DNA from: an uncultured Planctomycetaceae bacterium
GTDB taxonomy: Bacteria; Planctomycetota; Planctomycetia; Planctomycetales; Planctomycetaceae
DNA length: 64,000 bases
Direction of reading: 5' to 3'
NCBI GenBank assembly: GCA_963813715.1
Contig: CAWFAK010000008.1
Coordinates: 96,001-160,000 of the forward strand
Of the stretch, positions 48,605-60,797 are shown piece by piece. Under the pieces are notes generated by a model that saw only the letters and a list, made by a program, of their open reading frames with translations, was not told the DNA's origin and ran no database searches. Both the position numbers and the translations under genes were made by a program. Within the stretch, counting starts at the first letter, position 1. Each line of letters opens with the position of its first letter.

Positions 48605-50076
48605 ATGACCGGTCTGCGGCACGGCTTTTTGGCCGATCGAGCAGTCACTGCTGATCCGGCAGCGACTGGCGGAGGCTCGTTTTCGCGGCGGGCCCTATTG
48701 CAGCGGGCGGCCAGCGGCTTCGGCGCCGTCGCGCTCTCGGCCCTATTTTGCGACGACGCATTTGCCAACTCGGCGAGCCCGGCTGATCCGCTCGCGGCGC
48801 GGCCGCCCCATTTTCCGCGCGGGCCAAGCGGGTCATCTTTCTCTACATGGACGGCGGCCCTTCGCAGGTCGATACGTTCGATCCCAAGCCGCGGCTCGAC
48901 CGGGAGCACGGGCAACCCTTCAAAATGAAGGTGCAGCCGACGCAATTCGACAATGTCGGCACCACGCTCAAGTCCCCCTGGCAGTTTCGCAAGCGGGGCC
49001 AAAGCGGACTCGACGTGAGCGACCTCTTCCCGCACGTCGCCCGGTGTGCCGACGACCTGTGCGTCATCCGGTCGATGACGTCGCAGTTCTCCGAGCACAC
49101 GAACGCAAATTATTTCCTGCACACCGGCCTGGGACTGGTCGGCCGGCCGAGCATGGGTTCCTGGGTGCTTTACGGCTTGGGGACCGAGTGCCATGACCTG
49201 CCCGGCTTCGTCGTATTGAACGGCGATTTGATTCCGCCCGGCGGCCTCGAATGCTTTCACAACGGCTTCTTGCCGGCGACGTATCAGGGCTCGGTCTTCA
49301 AGCGCGGGGCCAACCCGGTCGCCGACTTGAGAAGCCTCGACTCGTCGCCCATCCGGCAGCGTCGCGAGCTGGAGCTGATGCGGCGGCTGGACGCGGCTGG
49401 CCTGGAGCGGAACGGTCCCAGCGACGCGATCGAGTCGGCAATTCGCAATTACGAGCTCGCATTCCGCATGCAGACGGCCGTCCCCGAGCTGATGGACGTT
49501 TCGCGCGAGTCGCGAGCCACGCAGGAGCTGTATGGCCTCTTCGATCCGTTCGAGAAGACCCGCAACTACGCGCACCAGTGCCTGGTCGCCCGACGGCTCA
49601 TCGAGCGGGGAGTTCGCTTCGTCGAACTGACCTGCCCGCAGGTGGCGGCCGACCGCTGGGACCAGCACAGCCGCCTCCGCGAGGGACACGAACTCAACGC
49701 GCAGGCCACCGACCGGCCGATCGCCGGCCTGCTCACCGACCTCAAATCACGCGGCCTGCTGAAAGACACGCTGGTGATCTGGGCGGGCGAATTCGGCCGG
49801 ACGCCGATGGCCCAAGGCAGCGACGGCCGCGACCACAACCCGTTCGGCTACACGATCTGGATGGCGGGCGGCGGCGTGAAGCCGGGCTTCGTCTTCGGCA
49901 AGACCGACGAGTACGGCTACTATGCGATCGAGAACAAGCTCGAGATGTACGACCTCCACGCGACGATGCTCTACCTGCTCGGCCTGGACCACAAAAAACT
50001 CACCTTCCGCTTCAGCTCTCGCGACATGCGACTGACCGACGTGCACGGCCAGGTGGCACACGAGATCATTGCCTAG
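48605..50076 (+). CDS. DUF1501 protein with Tat signal (frameshift near 48820)
   Basis: SRRALL twin-arginine; AKRVIFLYMDGGPSQVDTFDPKP, RRLIERGVRFV, WDQH, GEFGRTP, GRDH, DLHAT. Confidence 0.92.
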
Positions 50077-50307
50077 CGCTCGCGCAACCGCGCCGGCGTA
50101 GAAAACTGATCTTGTTTGAATCGCCCTCTTGTGGCTGAATGGAGAGAGCGGTTTTTTATTGCGCTGCGGAGAAGATCCGTAGGTCGAACGCGCGCGACGG
50201 GATCGCGTTGCCGGCGTTGATTGGGTGGGCTCGTGTTGCGCGGGAGCGGCGATTGTGGTTTCAGGTGCGCAGCGACATGAGCGAAATGTCATCCCAACCC
50301 CCAGTGG

Positions 50308-50605
50308 TGTGGTCAACTACTTTCACAAGGTAGTTGACCACGGAGATAGTTGACCACAGGCCGTGCGCCGGGGAACGGTTCCCCGCCAGGAACGAAAAAA
50401 GGGTTCCCTACTGGTGGTGGGGATCCTTTTTCACTAAACGGAGTCGAAAGATCGCCAGCAGCTGGACCCGTTCCCGAGGATGCCGACCCCAGCAACTGTC
50501 TCGGAACGGTGGGACAAGTGGACCCGGCGGGACACCGAAAAGTGGTCCCGGCGTGACGGGACTCCATGAATTGATATAAGGGGAAAGGGCAAAAGTGGTC
50601 CCACC
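50308..50605. other. Intergenic cluster of hairpins and iterated motifs, function unknown
   Basis: Five adjacent inverted repeats plus direct repeats TAGTTGACCAC and AAAAGTGGTCCC. Confidence 0.6.
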
Positions 50606-50667
50606 GCGCGGGCTTCCGCCTCCGCAATCTTGCTCGACGGAGGGGCGGTCTGCGGTAAGTCACTGAC

Positions 50668-52393
50668 CTACGGCGACAACTTACGACCATAAACGGTCGC
50701 CAGGCGATCGATCGCCGTGTCGACGGCGGCGGCCTTGGCGTCGGCACTCAGTCTCCCACTCTCCGCCAGCAGATCGGCCAGTTCGTCCAGCGTGCGGCGT
50801 GACAGGTGCGGGCTGTAAAGCAGCATCAGCCGTCGTTCGACGAGATCCTCCAGCCGCTCGACTCGCTCGTGCGCGATCACCCACCGCACGAACGTCCGTG
50901 GCAGGGAGCTGTCGACGACGCTTTCCAACCGCCGCGGATCGGCGTCGCTCGATTGGGCCTGCAGAATCTCGCCGGTGAGCGTGCCGCAAAGTTCCCAGAT
51001 TGCGTTCACTTGCTCGCGGACTCAAGCCAAACTGTGAGGCGACTTGCTGTTTCTGGGCGTCCCGGGCCGGGGCGTCCTCGCCGAGGTTTTTGCTGCCCGG
51101 CAGATAACGTCCCACGGTCAACGCCGAGCGGGTAATGCCGAGACGCGCGAGGACCGAGTCGGTCACCAGCTCGCCGAGGGCGCGGGACGTCGTCAACTTG
51201 CCGCCCACCAGCGTGAGCACGGGGATCCGCCCGTGGGATTGGACGGCAATCGAATGGTCGCGCGAGATCGAGGCTTCCGATGCGTTGCCGGCGTAAGGCA
51301 GCGGCCGCACGCCGCTATAGGTCAAAGTGACGTCGCTGGAGACCAGGTGCACTCCGGGAAACAGCTCGTTCACCGTCTCGATCAAATAGGTCAGTTCGGC
51401 GGGCGAGGCGACGGCCGTCTCTGGGGGAGCGTCGAATCGCTCGTCGGTGGTGCCGACAAGCACGGCGTCGCCGAAGGGCAGCACGAAGATCAAGCGACCG
51501 TCGGCCGCCTCAGCATAGACGCCGGACGGTCCGATCGCCTGCTTGAGCGCCGCCTGATGACTGACAAAGTGGCTCCCCTTGGTACCACCAAACAGCCGCG
51601 GGGCCGGCACGTGCAGCTCGCCGAGCGTGAGGTCGCCCCACGCGCCGGTCGCGTTGATTACGAGCTGGGGCGTCACGGTGCTCGCGACGCCGCGGGAGTC
51701 GGTGATTTTCACGGTCTCATCGATGAACTCGGCCTGCGAATAGGTAAACAGGCGGAAATCGACGCCAGTTGTCTCGGCGATTTGCCGTGCGTCCTCGAGC
51801 AGCGCCACGCAGTAGCGTTCGGGAAACCGCATTTGGGCATCGCTATAGGCGCAGAGCCAGCGGAACCGCCCGCGATCGACCTGCGGCACGCCGGGCTCGT
51901 TCGAGTCGTGGACGCAGTGCGCCGGCATCTGCGGATCGGCCGCAAAGCGGTCGTAAAGCGACAGGCCGATCTCGATGGCCCACAGCCCGCGCTCGCTCGC
52001 GTGCTGCAAGGGATGCGTCAGGCGGTTGAGCAGCGGCGAGCGAGTGACTCCCAGAAATTTGAGTCCCGATTGAATCAATCCACTCGTTCGCTCTGCGACA
52101 GGGATGTAGAGTCGCAGCGGCTCGACCAAGTGGGCCGCCAGCTTGCAGAGGCGCGTGCGTTCGGCGAGCGATTCGCGGACGAGATGGAAGTCGGCGTACT
52201 CGAGATAGCGCAATCCGCCATGAATCAGCCGCGACGCCCGCGAGGTCGCTCCAAAGGCGATGTCGTTTTTTTCGACGATCCAGACGTCGATGCCGTTGAG
52301 CAACAGCTCGCGGGCCGTGGAGCAACCGTTGATCCCGGCCCCCAGGATCAGAACTTTCGGGCGCCCGCTCGAACTCGTGGCCGCTTCAATCAT
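50668..52393 (-). CDS. glpD: FAD-dependent glycerol-3-phosphate dehydrogenase/oxidase (frameshift near 51020)
   Basis: GAGING, GATSRASRLIHGGLRYLE, NATGAW, KGSH, GTTD, GVRPL, GGKLTT; C-terminal LEDLVERR in a second frame. Confidence 0.88.
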
Positions 52394-52569
52394 GGCCGGT
52401 ATTGTTTCGGACGCCGGCCCGGAAGTGAAGGGACGCCGGAAGGCGGCTTTCGCCCGGAAATGCCAGCCGGTTTCCCGCAGTTTGCCTGTCGCCTAGAATG
52501 AGAGACCGCGATCGCGGGCTGTTTCGTGCGGAGCAGCCAAGCCGGTCGCTTTCCGCCGAGGCAGATTCG

Positions 52570-53785
52570 ATGACGTCCAGCCCAATCGAGCAAGCCCTGA
52601 CAGCTCTGCGGCATGGGCAGCTGGTGATCGTGGCCGACGCGCTCGATCGCGAGAATGAAGGGGACTTGATCTGCGCGGCCGAGACGATCACGCCGGAAAC
52701 AGTCGACTTCATGCTGCGGACGGGGCGGGGCTGGCTGTGCGTGCCGCTGACACAGAATGCCGCGGAGCGATTGAACCTGACCCACGCCGTCGCGACCGAC
52801 CGCAATACGGCCCCGCACAAGACGCCGTTTCTGATCCAGGTCGATCACCGTGAAGCGGGAACCGGCGTCAGTCCGAACAGCCGAGCCATGACGATTCGCG
52901 CGCTGGCCGATCCGCGTTCGACGGCCGCCGATTTCGTTCAGCCGGGCCACGTGTCGCCCCTGTTGGCGAAGGAAGGGGGCGTACTCCGCCGCGCCGGCCA
53001 TACCGAGGCGACCGTCGATCTGCTCCGTATGGCCGGCATGAAGCCGGTCGGCGCGCTGATCGAGGTTTGCAGCCAGCGGCACCTGGGCATGGCGAACATG
53101 GCCGAGTTGCAGGAGCTGGCCGCCGAATATCAGATTCCGATCGTGTCGATCGAGGATCTGATCCGCTATCGCCGCGTCCGTGAACAATTAATTCATCGCG
53201 AAGTCGAAGTGCCGCTGAAGACGAAACACTACGGCACGCCGACAGTCATCGCGTATAGCGTCGCACACGAAGACCAGGAGCCTCTCGCCCTGGTTTGGGG
53301 CGACCTGGCAGGAGCGGAGCGCCCGCCCTTGGTCCGGATGCACTCTTCCTGCTTTACGGGCGACGTGCTCGAATCGCTCCGCTGCGACTGCGGCGCCCAG
53401 CTCCAGATGGCGATGGAGACGATTTATAAGGAGGGAGTCGGCGCGGTCGTCTATCTTCCGCAGGAGGGGCGGGGCATCGGCCTGCTGGCCAAACTCAAGG
53501 CCTACAAGCTGCAGGACCAAGGTCTCGATACGGTCGAGGCTAATCATCGCCTGGGTTTCAAAGCTGACCAGCGCGACTACATGGTCGGCGCGCAGATCCT
53601 CAAGGACCTTGGGCCTGACCAAAATTCGCGTGCTGACCAATAATCCCAAGAAGACCGACTCGGCCGTCTTTCACGCCGTCGAGCTGGAAATTGTCGAGCA
53701 AGTGCCGATCATCGCTCCCCCCGATCCGCACCGCGAAAAATATCTCGCGACGAAGCGCGACAAGATGGGCCATCTTCTCCCGTAG
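52570..53785 (+). CDS. ribBA: Bifunctional DHBP synthase / GTP cyclohydrolase II (frameshift near 53610)
   Basis: DRENEGD, PGHV.PL, RAGHTEA, RMHSSC.TGD, RCDCG.Q, QEGRGIG; second frame LTNNPKK...[13 protein letters not shown]. Confidence 0.95.
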
Positions 53786-54288
53786 CGGCTGCACGGTCGC
53801 GCGCGGTCGATCCATCTCGCCCAGTTCGCATGGGCGCGATCGTTTCTGGCGTCACCTGGATTGGCGACGGGCATCGCCGCCGCGATCGCTGCCTCGGCAC
53901 CGGGTTGGTCGGTTTTGAACCGGTAAGAATCGTTTGAGTCCGCCTCGAGCGAGCGGGGACGATGTCCATGCGGCGATGGTTTGACGGTTCTGGAAATGGT
54001 TCGGTTGCCACGGTGTACCATTTGCGCGGACCACGTCGACCCCGTTCAGCCGGCGACGTTGACGCCTCCAGACAGCCAACCGGGCTTTTGCAACTTCGGC
54101 CCCACCTTTGCTCTGCGCCACGTCGTGGCGTTTCTGGAGAAACTGTCCCGAAGCGGATCCGCGCCTGGGCTCCCCTCGTCGCTACTGGGATTTCCTTCGC
54201 GAGATGGTTCCAAACTGGCCGTCGGGCGAGCATTCTGTGACGCTTCGCGGTTGAATGGAGTCACGTGAAACCGAGCAGCGCATCCCCG

Positions 54289-57200
54289 ATGAACCAACCG
54301 ACTCTTCCCTTCCGCCTGACCATCGGCGTTGCCGTTGTGGTCGGCCTGGCCACCGTTCTGGTCGGTTTTCTCGCAATCGGAGCCATCTCTTACTCGAACA
54401 CGCGCACCCTCTGGCAGAACGTCGAATCGGCTGAACACACTCAGCAGGTCCTGCTGGCATTGAACAATTTGCTGTCCCTGGCCAAGGACGCAGAGACGGG
54501 ACAGCGCGGGTTTCTGATCACGGGCGACGAACGCTATTTGGCGCCTCACACGCAGGCCGTCGACCAGATCCACGGCCAGCTCGAGGAGTTAAGCCAGCTG
54601 GTCCGCGAGAATCCCGAAGAGCGGGACCACCTGCCGGAACTTCGGACGGCCCTACTCTCCAAGCTTCACGAACTCGATCACACCATTGTCACTGCGCCGC
54701 AAAGAGGGATTCGACGCGGCCAAAGCGATCGTCATGACAGACCGCGGGAAAGGGGCGATGGACCAGATTCGCGCGGAAATCAGCGCGATGCAGCAAGCTG
54801 AACGAGCCACGCGCGCCCGCCAAATCAGCGAGATGCAGTTGGCCTACGAACGGGCCGTCAGCACGGGCATTATCACCAGCGTGCTGGGATTCCTGCTTTC
54901 TGCCGTCGTCGCCTACTTGCTGCGGCAATCCGCCAACAGCCAGGCACGACAGGAATGGATTCAGGCCGGACAGCTGCAAATGGGCGAACTCATGCGGGGC
55001 AACCTGCAGTTGGCGCAACTCGGCGACAATGCGGCTCCGTTTCCTCTGCCAGTATTTGGATGCTTGTGCCGCCGTCTTTTACGCCCGCGAAGGGCAGGCC
55101 TTTGTTCGCGTCGCTGCTTACGGAGTTCCCGACGACGCGCTCCCCGCAGCCCAGTTCACCGAGGGCGACGGCCTGCTCGGCCGGGCGGTCAAAGACAAGC
55201 AGACAATTCTGTTGAACGACGTGCCCGAAGGCTATCTCACGGTCGGGTCGGGCCTCGGCCGCGGCAATCTGCGAAATCTGATCATTCTTCCCGTCGCCGA
55301 GGACTCGCAGATCAATGGAGTGTTCGAGTTCGGTTTCCTCCATGGCGCCAAGGAGCCAGTGCAGGAACTGCTGACCCGACTGAAAGAACCAGTCGGAATG
55401 GAGATTCGCGCGATCGGCTACCGCAAGCACTTGCACAACCTGCTGGAAGAAACGCAGAGACAAAGCGAGGAACTGCAGACCCAGAGCGAAGAACTCCGCG
55501 TCTCGAACGAAGAGTTGGAAGAGCAGAGCCGCGCCCTGCGGGAGTCGCAGGCACGGCTTGAAAACCAGCAAACCGAACTCGAGCAGATTAACGCGGATCT
55601 CGAGCAGCAGACTCAGTTGCTCGAGTACGAGCGCAACGCGACTCGGCGCACGAACGCCATGCTCGACGAACAAGCGCAAAAACTCGCTCAGGCCAGCCGC
55701 TACAAATCCGACTTCCTGGCCAACATGTCGCACGAGCTGCGGACGCCCCTCAACTCCTCGCTGATTCTGGCCAAATTGCTGGCGGACAATCCCGAGGGAA
55801 ACCTGACGACCGAGCAGATCGAATACGCCGAAACAATTCAGGCGGCCGGAAACGACTTGCTCGCGTTGATCAACGACATTCTCGATCTGTCGAAGGTCGA
55901 AGCGGGCCGCATGGACGTGCATGTGGAGCTAGTGCAGCTCGACCAGCTGTTGCTCGACTTGAAGCGGCTGTTTGATCCCTTCGCGACACAAAAAGGCCTC
56001 GATTTCCGGTGCCGACTGGAGCCCGGCTGTCAGGAATCTATTAAGACCGATCGACAGCGACTCGAACAGATTCTCAAAAATCTGCTCTCCAACGCTCTCA
56101 AATTCACCGAAAAGGGTTCGGTTGCTCTCCAGGCGAGACAGGCGGCGAATGGCCGCGTCGAATTCGCGGTCTCCGACACGGGCATCGGAATCCCGGCCGA
56201 TCAGCAACAGCTCGTCTTCGAGGCGTTTCGACAGGGAGACAGTTCACCACATCGCAAGCAAGGCGGCACTGGTTTGGGCCTCTCGATCTCGCGAGAGCTG
56301 GCACGGCTCCTTGGAGGCGAGCTAACCCTGGCAAGCGAACCTCAAGTGGGCAGCACGTTCACTCTTTCGCTGCCCGTCGAGCTGGAGTCGACCACGGGAA
56401 AGCTGCGCAAAAGCGCACCCAGGCAGGATTTATTCCTCGAAGAGTCCGCGACTCGCCGCGAGGTCTTTCCGGTCGCCACGCCGTCGCGCGAATCGTCCAA
56501 ACGCAGCAAAAAGAAGTCCGACGACGATCGCGACCGCTTGAGCCCCACCACTCGCACCATTCTGGTCGTGGAAGACGACGAGGCGTTCGGCAAAATCCTG
56601 CGCGAACTTATTCAGGAGATGGAGTTCAACTGTCTGGTGGCGACGACGGCCGAGGAGGGCTTTAACCTCGCACTGGAGCACGAGCCCCGGGCCGTGATTT
56701 TGGACATCGGACTCCCCGATCATTCGGGTCTGTGGGTCTTGGATCGGCTCAAGCACGACCGGCGGATGCGGCACATCCCGGTCCACGTCATTTCCGCGAC
56801 CGACCAAACACGCCTCGCCATGGAGTTGGGAGCCGTCGGTTATATGCTCAAGCCGGTGGAGCGCGCGGATGTCGCGGCCGCGCTGCGACAGCTTGAAGTT
56901 CGGCTGGATCAGGAGATCGGCCGCGTGCTCGTTGTCGAAGATGACCCAGTCCAGCGGGCCGCCGTGTGCAAGCTGCTGGCTTCCCACGAGCTGGAAACGG
57001 TGGGCGCGGCGACCGGAGCCGAATGTCTCGAGGAGCTCAAGCGCCGCACGTTCGACTGCATGGTCCTGGACCTGACGCTTCCCGATTCATCAGGGTATGC
57101 GCTCTTGGAGACGTTGAGTCGCGAGGAGGCATACTCGTTTCCGCCCGTGATCGTCTATACCGGGCGGGATTTGTCGGAAGACGAGGAGCAGCAGCTCCGC

Positions 57201-57734
57201 CGCTACTCAAAATCGATCATCATCAAGGGGGCCAAGTCGCCCGAGCGATTGCTCGACGAGGTCACGCTGTTTTTGCACAAAGTCGTTTCGAACCTTCCTG
57301 CCGAACAGCAGCGGATGCTTGAGAAAGCCCGCGTGCGGGACGAGACCTTGGAAGGCCGCCGCATCCTGATCGTGGAGGACGACGTTCGCAACGTCTTCGC
57401 GCTCACGCGGGTTTTGGAATCGCGCGGTGTTTCGGTCGAAATCGCGAGGAACGGCCACGAGGCGCTCAACTCGCTGGAAAGACTTAACGGTGGGGCGACC
57501 CACGTCGACCTGGTCCTGATGGACGTAATGATGCCGGAGATGGACGGCCTGACCGCTGTCCGAGAGATCCGGAAACGCTCCGAGTGGAAAAAACTGCCGA
57601 TCATCATGCTGACGGCCAAGGCCATGCCGGACGATCAGGCGGAGTGTCTGGCGGCAGGAGCGTCAGACTATTTGGCCAAACCGCTGGACGTCGACAAGCT
57701 CTTGTCACTCATCCGTGTCTGGTTGCCGCGCTAG
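54289..57734 (+). CDS. Hybrid histidine kinase: CHASE3-GAF-coiled coil-HisKA-HATPase-3xREC (frameshifts near 54690 and 55030)
   Basis: DAETGQRGFLITG and GKGAMDQIR CHASE3 motifs; GDGLLG GAF; FLANMSHELRTPLN; GGTGLGL; three receiver domains. Confidence 0.92.
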
Positions 57735-57746
57735 CGAGTTTCGGTC

Positions 57747-58574
57747 GTGACCGATAAAGCCGACGATCTCGAGCTCAAGCTGCTGCTCGATGCGGTCTAT
57801 CAGCGCTATCACTACGACTTTCGCGGGTACGCGATGGCGTCCTTGAAGCGCCGGCTCTCCCACGCCAAGGATCACTTTGGCTGTCGCTCCTACTCGCACC
57901 TGCAGGAGCTCGTCCTGCACGACGAGACAATGCTGACAAAGCTGCTCTCGTACCTGACGGTGCAAGTCAGCGAATTGTTTCGCGATCCGGATTATTTTCG
58001 CGCAATTCGCCAGGACGTTGTCCCCTACCTCAAAACCTATCCTTCGCTCAAGATTTGGGTCGCCGGATGCAGTTCGGGCGAGGAACTGTATTCCCTTGCG
58101 ATCTTATTGCGAGAGGAGGGCTTGGAAGAGCGGTCCATGCTCTACGGCACGGACATCAACCGAGAAGCCCTGCGACAAGCCGAAGTCGGGATCTATCCGC
58201 TCGACCGGATGCCGCTCTTTACGGAGAATCATCGGCGGTCGGGGGGCAAGTCGTCGTTGTCGGACTATTACACCGCGAACTACGATGCGGCCGTCCTGGA
58301 CAAGAGCCTGAGGCGCAAGGTCCTGTTTGCCGACCATAGCCTGGTGACCGACTCGGTCTTTGCGGAGGTTCAACTGATTTCGTGCCGCAACGTGTTGATC
58401 TACTTCGACCGGGAGTTTCAGGACCGGGCGATCAGCCTGTTCAAGGACGCCCTGACGCTGAACGGTTTCTTAGGAATTGGAGCCAAAGAGAGTTTGCGTT
58501 TTTCGCGTCATTCGGGGGCATTCGCCGACTTCGTGCGGAGTGCGCGAATTTATCAACGGCGGGGCGACTCATGA
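57747..58574 (+). CDS. cheR: CheR-type protein-glutamate O-methyltransferase
   Basis: YDFRGY, V.ELFRDP, IWVAGCSSGEE, GTDIN, CRNVLIYF. Confidence 0.94.
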   Translation: MTDKADDLELKLLLDAVYQRYHYDFRGYAMASLKRRLSHAKDHFGCRSYSHLQELVLHDETMLTKLLSYLTVQVSELFRDPDYFRAIRQDVVPYLKTYPSLKIWVAGCSSGEELYSLAILLREEGLEERSMLYGTDINREALRQAEVGIYPLDRMPLFTENHRRSGGKSSLSDYYTANYDAAVLDKSLRRKVLFADHSLVTDSVFAEVQLISCRNVLIYFDREFQDRAISLFKDALTLNGFLGIGAKESLRFSRHSGAFADFVRSARIYQRRGDS

Positions 58575-59147
58575 CGCGACACCGCATCGAGGCCGTGGCC
58601 ATCGGGGCGTCCGCCGGCGCGCTCGATGCGCTCTCCACGCTCCTGAGCCAGCTGCCCCGCGACTTCCCGCTCCCGCTGCTGATCGTCACTCACCTGCCGC
58701 CCGATCGCGACAGCATCTTGTGCTCTTTGCTGGCTGCGAAATGTCAAATCGGCGTGCGCGAAGCCGAGGATAAGGAGCCGATCACTCCCGGCGTCGCGTT
58801 TGTCGCTCCGCCGGATTACCATCTGCTCGTTGAGACGGACCAGCGGCTGTCCCTATCGAGCGACGAGGCCGTGCAGTTCTCGAGGCCCTCGATCGACGTG
58901 CTGTTCGAGTCGGCGGCCGACGCCTATGGTCCCGCGTTGATCGGCGTGATCTTGACGGGCGCGAACGACGACGGCGCCCGCGGTCTGCGGGCAATCGTCT
59001 CTGCCGGCGGCGTGGCGCTGGTGCAGCGGACGGACCTCGCCTATGCGTCGGCGATGCCGAAGGCGGCGCTCGCTGCCTGCCCCACCGCGCGAGATGACAC
59101 TGGAGGAAATGGGAACGTACCTTTGCGAGGTGGTCATCGCCCAATGA
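58571..59147 (+). CDS. cheB: CheB-type methylesterase, catalytic domain only (frameshift near 59090)
   Basis: GASAG, APPDYHL, RPSIDVLF.SAA, ILTGAN.DG, MP.AA. Confidence 0.9.
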
Positions 59148-60755
59148 CTCCGAACCGGTTGCCCGTCTATTTTCTGGCCGTCGACGACGTGGAAGAGAAC
59201 CTGATTGCGCTCGAAGCGCTACTCAAGCGCGAGGGTTTGGTGATTCTCCGCGCAGGTCTGGGCGCAACGCGCTGGAGCTCTTGCTCAAGTACGACGTGGC
59301 ACTCGCCATGATCGACGTCCAAATGCCGGACATGAACGGCTTTGAATTGGCGGAGCTGATGCGGGGAGCAGGGCGCACCCAACGCGTGCCGATCATGTTC
59401 CTTACGGCGGGAACCGCGGACACTCAGCGTCGTTTTCGCGGCTATGAGGCGGGCGCCGTCGATTTCCTGTATAAGCCCATCGAACCGCATGTCCTCCGCA
59501 GTAAGGCAAATGTATTTTTCGAGCTCTATCGACAGCGCCAGGAAGTGGCCCTGCAGCGTGATGAGCTGAAACACGCGAGCGAGGAGATCGCGCGGTTGCT
59601 CGACGAGAGCCGGCGCTCCGCCGCCGCATTGAAGCTGGCTGATCAGCGCAAGGACGAGTTCCTGGCCATGCTGGCCCACGAACTGAGAAATCCGCTGGCT
59701 CCCATTCGCAGTGCCGTGGAGATTCTCAATCTGTCTGGCAGAGGCGTCGAGTCAGACGTGACCGAGATCATCGGGCGGCAGGTGGGCCACATGTCCCGCT
59801 TGATCGACGGTCTGCTCGACGTCGCGCGGATCGCCCGCGGCAGAATCGAGCTCTCGAAAAAGGAATGCGACCTGAACCGCATCGCTCGACAGACGGCAGA
59901 CGACTACTCCGTGGCGCTGGCGTCGGCGGGCGTCACGCTGGACGTGAACCTTGCCAACGAACCGCTGATCGTTGTCGGCGATCCAACCCGTTTGACGCAA
60001 ATCGTCGGCAATCTGCTGCATAACGCAGCAAAGTTCACGCCTGCCAACGGTCGCGTCACCGTCTCGACAAGCAGGAACGACGCGGCTCAATCGGCCGTTG
60101 TGACCGTCCAAGACACCGGCGCCGGCCTGACGCCCGACACGCTCACCCGGATTTTTGAGCCGTTTGGCAAGATCGAGCGAGCGACTGATCCAAATCATGG
60201 TGGGCTCGGACTCGGACTTACCGTGGCCAAAGGCCTGGTCGAGCTGCACGGAGGTTCGATTGCGGCCGAAAGCGAGGGAGCCGGAAAGGGCGCCCGATTC
60301 ACGATCACAATTCCGCTCGCGCTGACGCGGCTCGCAACCGAGGCTCCGGCGCAGCGCCCGCCGAAACCATGGACTCTCACCCCTTGAAGATCGTGTTGAT
60401 CGAGGACAACCAGGACGCGGCCTCGTTGCTCCGCAGGCTCCTGAGCGAATTGGGGCACGACGTGCGGGTCGCATTTGACGGCCCGGCGGGGGTCGCACTG
60501 ACGCGCGAGTTTCGGCCCGACGTGGTCGTCTCCGACTTGAAGCTGCCGGGCGACCTGAGTGGCTACCAGGTGGCTCGGCAACTTCGCTCCGACGCCGCGA
60601 CGTCGCAGGTGTCCTTGATCGCGCTCTCGGGCTTTGGCGGAGACGATAGTCGCTCCGAGGCAGAGAAATCCGGTTTCGACCACTACCTGGTCAAACCCGC
60701 CGAAATGGCCGAGCTGACCCGCGTGCTGGCGCAAGCGACCGTCGAAGCGGACTGA
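59144..60755 (+). CDS. Hybrid kinase REC-HisKA-HATPase-REC (frameshifts near 59255 and 60360)
   Basis: LAVDD.EENL..LE, DVQMPDMNG, LAHELRNP, GGLGLGL, C-terminal IEDNQD...GFDHYLVKP; ATGA coupling to cheB. Confidence 0.88.
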
Positions 60756-60797
60756 ACGCTGCGGCCGCTCGCCACGATACGAGTGGGGGTCAGCCAC

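Noticed and set aside
50653..50686. GTAAGT...ACTTAC palindrome as a dif/Xer site
   Set aside because: Spacing does not match the 11-6-11 dif layout, and it overlaps the glpD 3' end.
52394..52569. FMN riboswitch upstream of ribBA
   Set aside because: Short divergent intergenic region with no RFN consensus visible.
53786..54288. ORFs or ncRNA in the ribBA-kinase gap
   Set aside because: No convincing codon bias, motif or stable repeat structure seen.
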